A stretch of 64,000 nucleotides of DNA from Balanoglossus misakiensis. Lineage: Eukaryota > Animalia > Hemichordata. The translations under genes and the position numbers were made by a program. Positions 42,127-53,800 of the stretch are shown in pieces. Positions within the stretch are counted from its first letter, which is position 1, and each line of letters starts with the position of its first letter. The stretch spans positions 5,013,374 through 5,077,373 of the forward strand of contig CM082583.2 in assembly GCA_040954595.2 (NCBI GenBank), read 5' to 3'. Below the pieces are notes generated by a model that had not been told where the DNA came from, searched no databases, and saw nothing but the letters and a program-made list of their open reading frames with translations.

Positions 42127-42539
42127 GGATGTACACACAGAACATAAACCGGAAAACTGCGCGCACCCGACTTTTTCCCATAGGATTACATTGATAATCG
42201 CTAGAAAACAAACTTCTACTATTGTCTTTTTCACGAAATCTTACACATAGCTCAGTCCAGCAAATATAAATTCATCAGTCAAATAAAATTGTATGGTCAC
42301 CGTGCTCTATTTTGAGATACACTTGGCTAAATATTTTTCCCATAGACAAACCACTAGTGAAAAATGCTGAGTCAGCAGTTTTCTTCTATTATCGACTGAA
42401 TTCATGGCGCTGTATTTCAAAAACAAGCGCGTTGACCCCAATATTTTATCACAGATTTTCATTATAAATACACAGGATAATCCAAAAATCCACAATTAAA
42501 AGAAATGACAATACTTTCAATTTTGACGAACGTACATCC
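42127..42539. mobile_element. TTAA-flanked MITE with RR...YY termini (Kolobok-like), 413 bp
   Basis: TTAA|GGATGTAC ... GTACATCC|TTAA: an 8-bp perfect TIR plus a TTAA duplication on both sides. TTTTTCCCATAG occurs twice internally. The superfamily is inferred from TSD and termini only. Confidence 0.7.
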
Positions 42540-42748
42540 TTAATAGGGGATTCTGACCGAAGCACAGAGGTGGAGGGTTAACTTTTCCATCATATTCTTG
42601 TCACATGCACACACCCCAGGGCGTCCTGTGGTTTGTACCCTATTGGTTTTTCATTTGCACCTTTGTGGGCAAATGCTGAGGGGCTTTTATTCAATCAAGC
42701 TCGTCCGACGAGAACAAAACAGAGCATTCGGCCACTGAAGTGTGTGAC

Positions 42749-42769
42749 AGGTCAAAGTTCACGTGACCC
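42749..42769 (+). promoter_or_regulatory. Nuclear-receptor DR1 element AGGTCA-A-AGTTCA followed by an inverted TGACCC half-site
   Basis: Exact match to the RGKTCA-n-RGKTCA DR1 consensus (RXR/COUP-TF/HNF4 class), overlapped by TGACAG; function untested. Confidence 0.4.
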
Positions 42770-44162
42770 TAATGATGTCGTTTTAAATATAGGAATCTGT
42801 TGACATACAAGTCTTGTCAACTGCATGTATCTTTTTTCAATATGATTGTGTTTTGATCTCTCTTGAGTGAGTGATGCAGTCTAAGTTTCTAGATCTTTAC
42901 AAACTTCTATTTCCTAATCTTACAAGTCCCCCTAGAAACTGTTTTAGGTTCATTTTCTCAGACATTTTTTTTTGCTAATTCATCAAAGTATTCCTACATT
43001 TGAAAAAGTACACATTATCACTCCATAACATGTAACCTTTTTCTTACAAATTACAGTGTAAAACAAAACCTACTAAATGTGTGAAGAATATAAAAAACTC
43101 AAGGGATGAATTCACACATTTTCATTTCAAATTTTTTACCAGTAGCATGAAAGAGGACGAAGGGAAGAAAATGAAACTGTATTTGTAAAAAAAATGAAAG
43201 AAAAATTGAACTTTTAAATGCAAAAAAAAAACACACATGAAAACTGATACTCTTACGTGTATGTTTCTCACGAGACTACATGTATGATTGACATGCATCG
43301 CGCACGACGAAATCTTCTCATGAATCAATTCAATTACCCGTCAAGTGATTTGAACTTCTCTGGTACGAACAGTAGAATATGTTCTGTCATTTCGCACCTG
43401 GGAAGCTCTCCATTATCCGTCCTACAGGTGCCCGGGCATAAGCCTTAACTAATAAATTTGACCCGTAATAAACTCAGTTCAAATGTGGGCCGCCACCCCC
43501 GGAGTCTATAAAGTACCCTCGTGTTATCCTCCGCGGTTGCCACCTTTGATTAGGCTAAATACCAAGGGTGACGTCCGCGACAATTAAAATAGAATATAGG
43601 TGTTAATTACGTTTAGATATTAGATGCCAAACGACTGTCCCGGGTCTCGGTGGAGCAGAAAACTGTTTCAGCTCGAGTGAGTCCCACTCAAATTTCTCCC
43701 CCGTTGGCTGCCACGTTTAATTGCTTATCTTTCTCTCTATAATCACATTACACTTTTATTCTCATTTCATTACAAGTTTATGGACATTTAATGTCTGGCC
43801 AACTTTCTCTTTGCTATCTGGTGTGTTGTACATTCAGTGCCAGTCTGTATTTTAAAGGGGCAGGTACATAGCCCAGGGCGTTTATACAGGGGCGAACAAT
43901 AGGCCCTTTGTCTGTAGCCTGAAATTGTTTGTACTTCGTCTTTTAAGCTTGTTCTTTTCACCTGTGTAACAGATGTCTTTGCCGAAATGAACTGTCGTTA
44001 TCCAGGAAGTACAAGTACACTCAGAGCAGAACAAATTTACTCGCCCTTTACAAAAAAAACCACATATCTATACATCAAAAAGCTTCTGTTCCCGAGCCAC
44101 CTATACTTAATCAGCCACTAACTTTTTTTCTTTTTTTCTATCATCTTCTTTTCCTTTCTTAG

Positions 44163-44330
44163 TCGACGGACAACTGTACATGTGGGGTAAGAACAATCAT
44201 GTCTTACGCCCCGAGAAACTGGCCTCCAACAACAAAGTCTATCAACCGATACATGTGAGCACAGGTGGTCGCGGATACAGTCAGCTGGCCTGTGGTTCCT
44301 GGCATGTCATAGCTGTTGCAGGAGAGCCAG
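44163..44330 (+). CDS. Internal coding exon, terminal RCC1 repeat (VDGQLYMWGKNNHVLRPEKLASNNKVYQPIHVSTGGRGYSQLACGSWHVIAVAGEP)
   Basis: A long polypyrimidine tract ends ...ttcctttcttag at 44162; donor gtaggt at 44331. The exon is 168 nt, phase 1-1, with RCC1 hallmarks DG.LY.WG.N and LACG..H..AV. Confidence 0.93.
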
Positions 44331-47300
44331 GTAGGTTTTTACCCTGCGTAGTATAAAGGTATACGGTCACCTCCAATTTGAATACGCCCATATATGGCTG
44401 AAATGGTGTAATTGAGTGTACTAAAGAACATATAGTGGCGCTTTTTTTTCGCGTGTGACACCCGCTTGAAAATCTGTGATTAGCTAGATCTCAATTTGCC
44501 AATATAGTAACTGTAGCTTAATTTGCATATTAGGTGACCATATACCTTTAACGTCAAGTTGACATCACTGTAATACTCAAAATATTTTTTTTCTCTGCCT
44601 GAAATGTGTACTCTCATCAGGAAATATAGTTGTGCATGCTTGAAATAGATGTTGAATGGCTTTTTTTTATGAGAGACTAAAGAGTAGCTATTGCTGATCA
44701 CCGAAGGCAAGTCGCGGTGTCGCCATGGATGATATTATTGAAACTCTTTTTTTCTCCGAAAAAAAACTGCTGTTTATACAAAGTAGTGATTTATGAGTGA
44801 ATTCCAAAGCAGCATGAATCGTTTTATGATGGGGAATGCAGGGCTTGATCGCCTAATGGCAGTCTTCAGGAGGAATAGACTGCATTCTCCCGCCTCAAAT
44901 CAGGTGCTTTTGACAATATTGATGAAGCACCACTTCCTGGGATTCCCGCTCGTAAAAGTGCTGCGACCCGTTTTTTTAAAGAGAGAAGAGTCCATTAGGA
45001 GCGACTGTCTCCCAGAAGATGGTCGGGATAATGTCCGCAGAAAGGTGGACCGCATGCCGGGGCGAAAATGAGACAACGGCGCTCGCACGCGCGTCGGTAT
45101 TTAAAAACCAAAAAACCCGGGGATGCCGAGACCTTTGTAACATGCTCAATCAACAAAACATTCAGTTTTTATTGTGCCTGCGTTATTGTGACAGTGAAGT
45201 CGTTGCACATACATGTAGCAGGCCTAGTTGGTGCTGCCCTAGTGAAGCGCGTTTATATCCACAGCAGCGAATAATGCGTGTCAAGACAACTTCAGAGTTT
45301 AGTTAACCATGGTGAAGAGGAAAAAAACATAACCATGGTGTAATCAAAACCCGCCATCGCAGTGTTTCCAAGCTGCGCTTAGAGATGTGTCTACAGGTTT
45401 TTTTCTTTCTTGATCTGATGAAATGAATTCAGAGTTTGGGGATAAAGAATTGGTAAATATCAAAGAGGAAGGTACATGTCGCCATTTGAAATAAAATGAA
45501 AAGGCAACGTCTAGGTCAGACGTTGTCAATGATATAGTGATTCGATCACAGAGCAGAAGATCTGTCCCCAGTCTGTTCCCTCATTATTAGTGAACATCTG
45601 TGTACGTAACAATGTACCGCCATCAATTTCCTCGCTAATGTTTCATTCCACAACAAAACAGGCACCTTCCCGCCCATCACTCAAACTAAAACCAATGGCC
45701 TTTGTGTGGCAGGCTTAGGCATTCAATTTATTTCTATAATTCATTATACTTCTCATGTCCGCGTGAGTTAGTAGGGGTAGTTTGCGGTTGCGCCAGCATG
45801 ACTTTTAGACCTGGAAGTGCGTTCAGGTACATCCAGAGTGTGAAGTCTCACCTAGGTGGCCTTATAGTGGTCAAACGTGGGTCTTCTTTGCCCTGTGGGG
45901 TCATGCTTGTGTTAACGTTGGGAACAGCAGACTGCCTAGCTTGTTAATGACTCGAACTTGCCTTCAATGCGTGAACGAATTTCGAATGGGATGGAAGTTT
46001 CAGATACACCAAAAAAAAAAACTTACGACAGCTTGTGTATTAATTCAGTCGCTCTTTTGAAATGAGAAAAGTAATCCTGTTCATCGGTAACAGACAAAGG
46101 ACGACTTGAGCCAGTTGGGATCTGCGTGTGCGTGTATCCTCATCTAAAGGTGGTCAGATTGAACTAGTTGAAAAAGCAGAGACAGAAATTGTCTGCCTCC
46201 TCAGAGGGATGGTTGTGTTCTCCTCTGCGGGATGCTTTGGGAGATAACCTATTTTCTTTAAAACCGAGTGTGTGAAAGGACCAACACCCAGTGGACTGAG
46301 CTGAGCGATGAACCTGTAAATCCAGTCTGACAGATTGCCTAGCTCGGCCTGGCTGAGTTTTTTGTGTACTCCTGTCCATATCCTCATCGTAACACAAGTG
46401 ATATAACGCATTCATAGCTTATATATTTTTTAATTATTTTCCCTTAATATGATTTCATTTGTAGTTTCTGATCAGAAACGTGCAGCTTAATTAGTCGGTG
46501 TGGATTTTATTTGCGGTATGTGTTAAAAGTGGCATAGCTGGTTTTTTTGCCAACTGTCAGCAGTTCCATGGATGTGCACTGCATGTTTGTCTATAGCCGC
46601 TGCTCACCGCATAGGTTTGATGACAATACTTGATCACACCGCATTGTATTTCATTGTGGTTAACCGTCGCACTGATCTCCTATTAATCAGTTTTCCGCTA
46701 AAGCCCTCCTTCAGGCTCTGCATCCCCCCACCACACAATGCCCTATTCTGTCGCACAAAGCGCATCTTTGTTCTCCCCACACACTTCCCCCATATTCATC
46801 ATAGCATGTGTTCTACAGAGTTATTACACACCGCGTTGTTGTGCCCGGACAATAAGTTTATAGATTCCAACTGTGCGAGCCTATAATGCATTGACGTGTG
46901 GAGGTGGAAATCCTAATAAATTGGAATGTTATGTTACCCAAACACCTTGCAACATTTGGTCGGGTGCTTAATCAAGCTCGAGATCTGCCCTCATTTGACA
47001 CCTATGAAATATAGGCGACATCGGATATTAAGAGGCATCAGTTTTCAGTTGTTTTGTTCATGTGTGAAGCAGTCATATGTGATCAGTGAATGATCATGAG
47101 AGCATGGTCATCCTGAAGTGTACATGTAATGACGTTTTAACGAGTCTCCACTTGGTGGTACAGACATCAGTCAGCACAGACAGCAAATGCAGAAGGGTGC
47201 ATGTGTGCGAAAATTGCTGTGAAAAAAATGTCCATCCTCTGGTGGAGTTTTGCATAATAGGCAATTTCTAACCACTGGGCATCAAAAACAATCCGCATTA

Positions 47301-47600
47301 TAGAGTGGTTTAAAAACTGCTTTACACGATACAAGTAGAAAGAGGAACCAATAGAAAATAGAATATAAAATCTGCCACTGTATGAATGAAGGTACTATGT
47401 GTACAACACGGCAACCACAAGTGACCTGCACGCTGTGTGTATACAACTTGTGACAACTAAAAGTGCATGTATGACTATATGCATGCATGTGATTGCACTC
47501 GTGAATTGCGAGACACTGCTAATTAAACAACATCTCCTTTAAGTACATTATCAACTTGTAAGGGATCTTATGCATGACAAGTGGTGTTTCCCTCCTCCAG

Positions 47601-47746
47601 TGTGGAAACCCAAAAACGAAGAAACCGACGAGGAGATGGTGCCAGACGGAGAGATTCCGGCAGATGACGAGATTTCCAGATCCCGGAAGAAAGTCGTTCT
47701 TCAAGGCAACATTGATGTATTCAGTGATGAGCAGTCCGACTTAGAG
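47601..47746 (+). CDS. Internal coding exon, acidic linker (VWKPKNEETDEEMVPDGEIPADDEISRSRKKVVLQGNIDVFSDEQSDLE)
   Basis: Acceptor ...tttccctcctccag at 47600 and donor GAG|gtatta at 47747. The exon is 146 nt, phase 1-0, and links the previous and next exons in frame. It overlaps ORF-track entry 47570..47977 in the same frame. Confidence 0.88.
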
Positions 47747-48394
47747 GTATTACACTTACTAATATTTTCTTATTCTGATCCATCTGCAACATTTATAACA
47801 TACACTTCAAAGGGAAGCAGTCATCGCGCTGCGTGGGTGTCCCCCCTGATGAGAATATGTCCTCCTATACAAGCGCAAACCCCACTGCAGTTGCCACGAC
47901 CTACTAGGATCTTCAGTTGCTGTCATGCCCAGTCTACGCTACAGTTGACTGCTTCGTTCATCCTAAAAACTATCTAATTTCAAGGATTTTTGGGACAAAT
48001 GCGGCGCGACAACCACTTCCCTTTAATATGTGCATTGAAGTACAGGAAACTCAGACGTGCTTTACAGATACATGGGATCAGAATTTGACCTTGATCTTGA
48101 CACTGTGTGTTTAGCGCTAGTGTTTATGATTCACTAACAAGTGTTTGCCGTGTCATGGAGTCAAGTTGATGTGTTGACAGCCCAGAGATTGGAAATCTCA
48201 TCACAAGTTCATAGTTCATGGCAGATATATGGCCTGAGTGTATCATATGAGATTGTTCGTTATGCACTAGTAAAGCCTTGATCCATTTTAATGCTCATAT
48301 TGTATCAAAAATCTTGGTTAACATAACTTGCTCAATAAATTCAGTCCCAAACCCAAGATTAAGTAATATAAAATTAATTTTTTGTTGTCAGCAT

Positions 48395-48549
48395 GTCACT
48401 TGGCCATGGCTCCATGAAAAAAAATACCATCACTTGAGATAACTCAGTCACATTTCCATGATTTGATGACATAGATTTTGTACCATCTGGCATCAAATCA
48501 CAGTCAACTCAGTCACTTGGCCATACTTTGATGATATACCATCAACTCA
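48395..48549. repeat. Degenerate minisatellite (about 3 units of 40-65 bp) in the last intron
   Basis: GTCACTTGGCCAT at 48395 and 48512; AACTCAGTCAC at 48441 and 48506; TACCATC occurs three times. Confidence 0.65.
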
Positions 48550-48583
48550 CAATCATTCTGATTATTTTTCAATCTCTTCCCAG

Positions 48584-49684
48584 ACTGAAGTTGGAAGTGA
48601 ACCAGAATATCCCAGCGACGTCTCTAACGATGACTACAGCGAGTGCAATCTGCCGCCGGAGTTCTTGAAACGACGGGAGAAAACCCAGCTCACTCTGGAG
48701 GAATTCTACGCACCTACCCCTCTGCCAGAATTTGTCACTCCGGCACCGACACCGAGAGAGACTCCCCTTCCCTTGCAGGCTCCTCCCTCTCCCAAGCGGA
48801 ATTTGTCAAGAGCTGAGGATGTCATCCAGGAAGAAGACGACATTCCATGTTCCGGAGGAGAAGCCGTGAATGCCTTAGAAACAGAGCTACAAACGGCCAC
48901 GCTGGACAGCAAGAAGCCTGATGCAGGAAACCGAAGCGAGGCCGAAGACAAGGAGGAATCGGAACTCTCAGTGACAGACAAACAGATATTCCCCATTCCT
49001 CCCAAAGCGACCAAATCATCCAACAACCCCAGGCAGACATCGCTGCCTCCCAACCGTCCACATAACCTACACATCACCCGGTCCAAAACTTTCGCTGCCG
49101 GCGACACGCCCATCTCACCGACCGTGCAATATAGCGAGTCGCTGGCCGATAAGTTCCAGCTGAGGAGGGAGCCTAGTTCGGTGACCAATGTAGATTTGTC
49201 TTTCGAAAGCCAGCAGAAATTCATCGTGAATAAACACGTCCCACTGCAGGTGAACAAGAAGAAACCCACCTTGCAACTACCCCCAGAAAACCCTCCGCCG
49301 GTGCATCTGAACAGGCCGAAGAAATTGAACCTTTTGCGGGGGTACGTGTCGTTCGAAGAAAGAGATCACTTCGAACAGTTCGCCGACAACGCGAAATCGA
49401 ACCGGCCGCATCTGACGAGAGCGCACACGTTCTACGGACGATCGGCGAACAATCAGAGGAACTTTAACTTTGAGTATCCTGTCCAGGGGGGAGGCATCGC
49501 CATCTCCGTCGACGGCAGACCTTCCTGTCGGAAACATTCCAATGTCGTGGCATCGTCCCCACCGGCCAGGAAGAACAGACGAGCAGAACCAGACTCCAAG
49601 GCAATGCCAGTTTATCCGACAGCAGAGTCTCTAAGGGCCAGGAAACCAACCCATAAAATATCTAAGAAAGTTTTCCAAAGCTAG
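48584..49684 (+). CDS. Terminal coding exon, 366 aa acidic then Pro/Ser/Arg-rich predicted disordered tail, ends ...KISKKVFQS*
   Basis: Acceptor ...tttttcaatctcttcccag at 48583, phase 0. It is in frame with the longest ORF in the window (48665..49684), has GC-rich coding-like composition, and ends in TAG at 49682-49684. Confidence 0.92.
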   Translation, partial: TEVGSEPEYPSDVSNDDYSECNLPPEFLKRREKTQLTLEEFYAPTPLPEFVTPAPTPRETPLPLQAPPSPKRNLSRAEDVIQEEDDIPCSGGEAVNALETELQTATLDSKKPDAGNRSEAEDKEESELSVTDKQIFPIPPKATKSSNNPRQTSLPPNRPHNLHITRSKTFAAGDTPISPTVQYSESLADKFQLRREPSSVTNVDLSFESQQKFIVNKHVPLQVNKKKPTLQLPPENPPPVHLNRPKKLNLLRGYVSFEERDHFEQFADNAKSNRPHLTRAHTFYGRSANNQRNFNFEYPVQGGGIAISVDGRPSCRKHSNVVASSPPARKNRRAEPDSKAMPVYPTAESLRARKPTHKISKKVFQS

Positions 49685-50786
49685 CATCAGTAGTTAACAC
49701 CATTCCACGCCACTCTCTGAGTTGTGATTTTGTTTGCGAGCGAACGAGTGCTGTGTGTTTGTAGTATAGAGTTTGTGTGAGCATTATCAAATTTTCAGAA
49801 GTACAATAATCAGATTTTTGACTGAGAAAGAGTACAAGCAACCTTAGGAAACGACCCCATGCTGCTCTTGATGGTGCAAAGTCATATTTATTTTTTATAA
49901 TTACCTTGTTGCTTGAGAAGTGTTAATATTGCGGTCGTGATGAATTCGACGAAGATTAATTCACTTGTGTGTACAGTACATGAGTCAATTAATAAGGCAC
50001 ATGTGTAGTACAAGAAAGAGCCAGAAGTTACAACTGAAAGACATAGTTATTCACCAAACATCCATTTACACCTTTCCTGAACTCTCATATCAACCATGAT
50101 TGCTGATTCGGTATGTTACTATGCTGCGTTATGTGGAAATAGCGCAGCGACATGTTTGAAGGGACGTGAAAAACCATTTTCACTGAATATTTTCAACTTG
50201 ATTTTCCGATACTGAAAATCTCAATTGGAGCCAATGCTTGAGTTCAGATGAATTAGCAGTCGGGGTTTTTTTTTATCAGAAAGCAAAACCGTCATTACAA
50301 CTTCTGGACCAAAGATAATGATGTAGCAAATATGTCTAATACCCCGGTGGTATTTCGATAATGCCAATAACGTTGATGGTGTTGAACAATTTCTTTGTCA
50401 TATATCCAGAAAGAATAACTGCTAAAGGTGAGAAGTCCTGCTCATTCCATTGTGATAGTCTGTTCCGTCCCTGCAGATGTAGTCTTAGGGGAAAACGACT
50501 TCCTTGCGTGAATCAATTTGTACACATCTATTTATCAGTACTTGCCGGTTGTTTTTGACGACAATCAATGAAAAACATGGCGTAACCCCTGTCACATGAC
50601 CAAGCATGCAGTGCCATGCTGCGCGCATCACAAAACCTTAACCCCATAAACTGCTTGTAAAAGCAGATCGGAACGTTAGGATACCGCTTGTCTGGTGGGG
50701 ACTGTGTCATCACTGATGACTGTCGTAAGCTGTGAAATTCGTTTTTTTCTAATAATTTTGTGTGCAGTGTCATTTCGTGTGTTAAA

Positions 50787-50834
50787 ATTAAATATCTTGC
50801 CAAATTATTGACAGGTGATCGTTAAATTAATAAA
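50787..50834 (+). promoter_or_regulatory. Candidate polyadenylation signal(s) for the RCC1-repeat gene (ATTAAA 50787-50792, AATAAA 50829-50834)
   Basis: These are the first canonical hexamers I noticed downstream of the stop codon, implying a ~1.1 kb 3'UTR. They lie near the shift to CpG-rich sequence. Not verifiable without transcript data. Confidence 0.3.
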
Positions 50835-53800
50835 AAAAAGGCAATATGCGTCGTGGATCCTCGATAGTAGTTGATAGAAGAATAAGGCCCCGACCACCTG
50901 TTTTGAATTATTATGCAAATACATAAATACTTATGAATGATGAATAAGGCAGCCAAAAAATCAATTTGTTAACTTTGGGGAGAATGCTTTTTCCGTGGCA
51001 ACATACATCAAATCTCACACTTATGTGATGGTGTCGAGGCGATATTTCAATAAACCCAACGGCTGGATTAATGAAAATTCAAACAAATTCATCACAATTA
51101 ATTTTTGGTGGCGGGACTAACCGCCCTGGTAACTACACTTGTGATAAGGGGCGCTTTTTTCCCCCACAGCGTTCTGTCGTGTGTACATCGGAAGTTGTTA
51201 CCTTTCAGTCGACAGGGTCTCGCCCGGCGACGGCAGTGCAGCGTATTACTGGCATAATCGCGCTAACCAGGCAGCGTATCGCTTAGCAATATCTTTTCAT
51301 CGAGGTGGTTTACATAATAATAATCGAGGCTGCGGGGGAAAAAAAACCTCAAGACAAAGTAGACTTCTCGTATCGAGCGACGGACTCTTGTTACCTGGCT
51401 CGGGGAAATGAAAAACCATCCTAGATTAAAAGTAATCGCGTTGGACTCCAAGTAAGGTTTTGTTCTCTATTGATTTCGAAATCTGTCGCTATAGTTCTCA
51501 GCAAATATGCCATGGTGCTTCAATAAACACTATGGCGGGGGAAACAAGTTATTTTATTCGCGGCGATTTAAATAACAACCCCACCACCTCCTGAAAGGCG
51601 GTGGTGCCCTCATTGTTGTGGGTTCAAATGAGTGCAGCCTCGATTTGTTTGAAATTAAAATTGATTTTTTTTATTCCCAACTCGGGGACGACGTCGACGA
51701 GGTAATTAGTTGCGGGACGTGACAACGTATAAGCTGAACTGTTGCATAATGGCCGCCGATCGGGCACGACAATTTGCGGCACTTGTCAAAATCTGGGAAA
51801 TTAAACTTCTTGGTTCAATACAACTTTCATTCAAATCAGCGGAAAGCGCGCTTTCCTCTTAGAGACCGACGCACTGCCGTGAGTTGTTCGATACCAGCCT
51901 TTGTCCCCAGAAAACACACAAGAAAAACGGAAATCGCTGAAAGGGCACTGGAAGGGGGAGCAAGTGAACGGTGCTATTTTTTAATTGCGTAGGATGTTTT
52001 GTATTCTATAAGGCTCACGGGAGCGTGACTTCATACGGAATGCGCAACGGCGCGAGCCGTCGACATACGGACAGAAATCCCAGAGAAAGGGCGTATGTTT
52101 TCCATGAGAGTTCGCAAACCGTGACAACCCTTTATGTGGAATTATGCACAATTTAAGAATGTATAGTTTTCAATAGATGTTGCCGTCCATTAAATCTAAT
52201 TTATCCACAGAGTTGCCCTTTTCTCCTTGACAACCAAAAATTAATGCGATAATTATTGTTTCTCTCGTTTCTTTACGCAACATGACGATGAAAATAAAAT
52301 TAGTTCAGAGAATGCATTCATGAGATGTCCCGTAATTGTTTTTTGCAACCAAACGCGTCATTTACAGTGTTACAGTATCGTAAACCGTGTGAAACACGCA
52401 CAAAATAAAGGCAACGAACCGATCCATGTTTTTGTCCGCCTTTCTTTTGTACTTTTCACAGTTTCGTATGTTTTGGGTGGAGAGAGGTGGCGTTTGGGAG
52501 AATTCAATAATGCCTGAAATCATTGGAGGCAGACATGCGTGTACATGTGTGTTCGGTGGGCAGGCAAAGTAGGCAGACGGCATGCCTAGCAAAAGAATCG
52601 AAGCTAATTGACAAACTACACTAGGCTTTGCCACCAGTTTTATCTCTGCTTCCTCTCTTGCGACTATGATATAAGACAGATATTTCAGAGGAAAACAGAC
52701 GGATGATATGGATATAAATTTGCTTTACTTCTCATGCCGCGAGTTTGGAATATAGAGACACGTTCCCCGAGTATACCATACATAGTGGAGCACACACTGG
52801 TCCGTTTGGAAATTTCGGGGGGGGGGGGGGGTCTCAGAAATACCCGTCTGTCGAAAGCATAACCGTGACCGTTGCGATGGAACGAAAATGACATATCATC
52901 TGTAGCCTATCTATACCATGAAGATAGCTGTCACCTTGTACTCGGATCTTGACCAGAAGTTCCATGAATGATAATCTTTTAGAGATTTGGTATGTGACCA
53001 TTCATGGTCGGTCACATATTTTTTCGCAAATTTGGAGGGGAAATGGTCTGAGATCTATCTATATCTCTTTAAAATGGTGTTTTATCTATCTATCTTTCTA
53101 TATTATCTATTTACACTATCGATCTAAATTTGCCGCTGATGCCCGTGTATGGTTGACATAGCTACTATTTATATGCATGTATGAAAGCTGCGATGATTTC
53201 TGTACGCTATACTTGGTGCCGTGCATAGTAAACACTATTATGCGTCACAAATGTTTAAATAGATTCCAAAGAAAGCAAATAATTAAATTTTGTGGAGCAA
53301 TTAATGGTAAGACCAAAATACACTTTTGTAAAAAGATGAATGACAGTTTATAGTCCGTGTGTACATGATACAGAAATGCCATTGATATATTTGCGAGATC
53401 ACAGGTCAGTCATTCTGTACATTTGGATTAGGGGACCCTGACCTCGAGCATATGTAGTTTTTACAAAACTCATTTTCGTGTTAATTTAGCCTCTTATGCG
53501 CCCTAAATATATATGCACAATATGCATTAAAGAGTATTATGGCTCGGAAATCTCCGCCACATTTCACGATAATATTATTCGCCAAATTGTCGCTTAGTGA
53601 TAAATATATTATACAGCCGTGCCGCGGCTGCTGGTCTTATTTAAATAAGCAATTTCAATTTGTGCGTATAACCCTACTTCCAAAGCCCTTCAGATATAAA
53701 CGGCAATTTGCTTTAATAGTTCGTGAAGTGATCGGTCGGCAGTTATGCCGCAGTCGTAATATGTCAAAATTCAATTCATATATCGTGCCATAAAGCAGTG

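Larger units (their letters stand above)
35309..49684 (+). other. Partial (3') spliced gene model: RCC1/RLD-repeat protein with long low-complexity C-terminal tail; join(35309..35473,44163..44330,47601..47746,48584..49684), about 526 aa encoded in this window
   Basis: Four exons with AG/GT boundaries and compatible phases (1-1, 1-1, 1-0, 0-stop) splice into one open frame: ...NGTVYSWGSGADGQLGHG...SCAEQYSAVLT-V-DGQLYMWGKN...ACGSWHVIAVAGEP-V-WKPKNEETDEE...SDLE-TEVGSEPEY...KKVFQS*. Introns are 8689, 3270 and 837 bp. The 5' exons were not found in the window. Confidence 0.9.

Noticed and set aside
43852-43946. Possible TTAA-flanked mini-element
   Set aside because: The terminal inverted match is only about 7/12.
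46154-46415. Two overlapping minus-strand ORFs with somewhat protein-like composition
   Set aside because: No recognisable domain, no convincing splice acceptor or partner exons; length is within chance.
48706-49649. Minus-strand ORFs overlapping the terminal exon
   Set aside because: Antisense shadows of the GC-rich real exon, with no independent splice or domain evidence.
35309-49684. Assigning the gene symbol RPGR or HERC
   Set aside because: No CAAX terminus, no Glu-Gly ORF15-type repeat and no HECT domain; orthology cannot be established from two repeats.
51582-51606. GC-rich hairpin CACCACC-T-CCTGAAAGG-C-GGTGGTG (similar hairpin near 59798-59826)
   Set aside because: No downstream CTRR Helitron end, too short for a pre-miRNA, and expected occasionally by chance.
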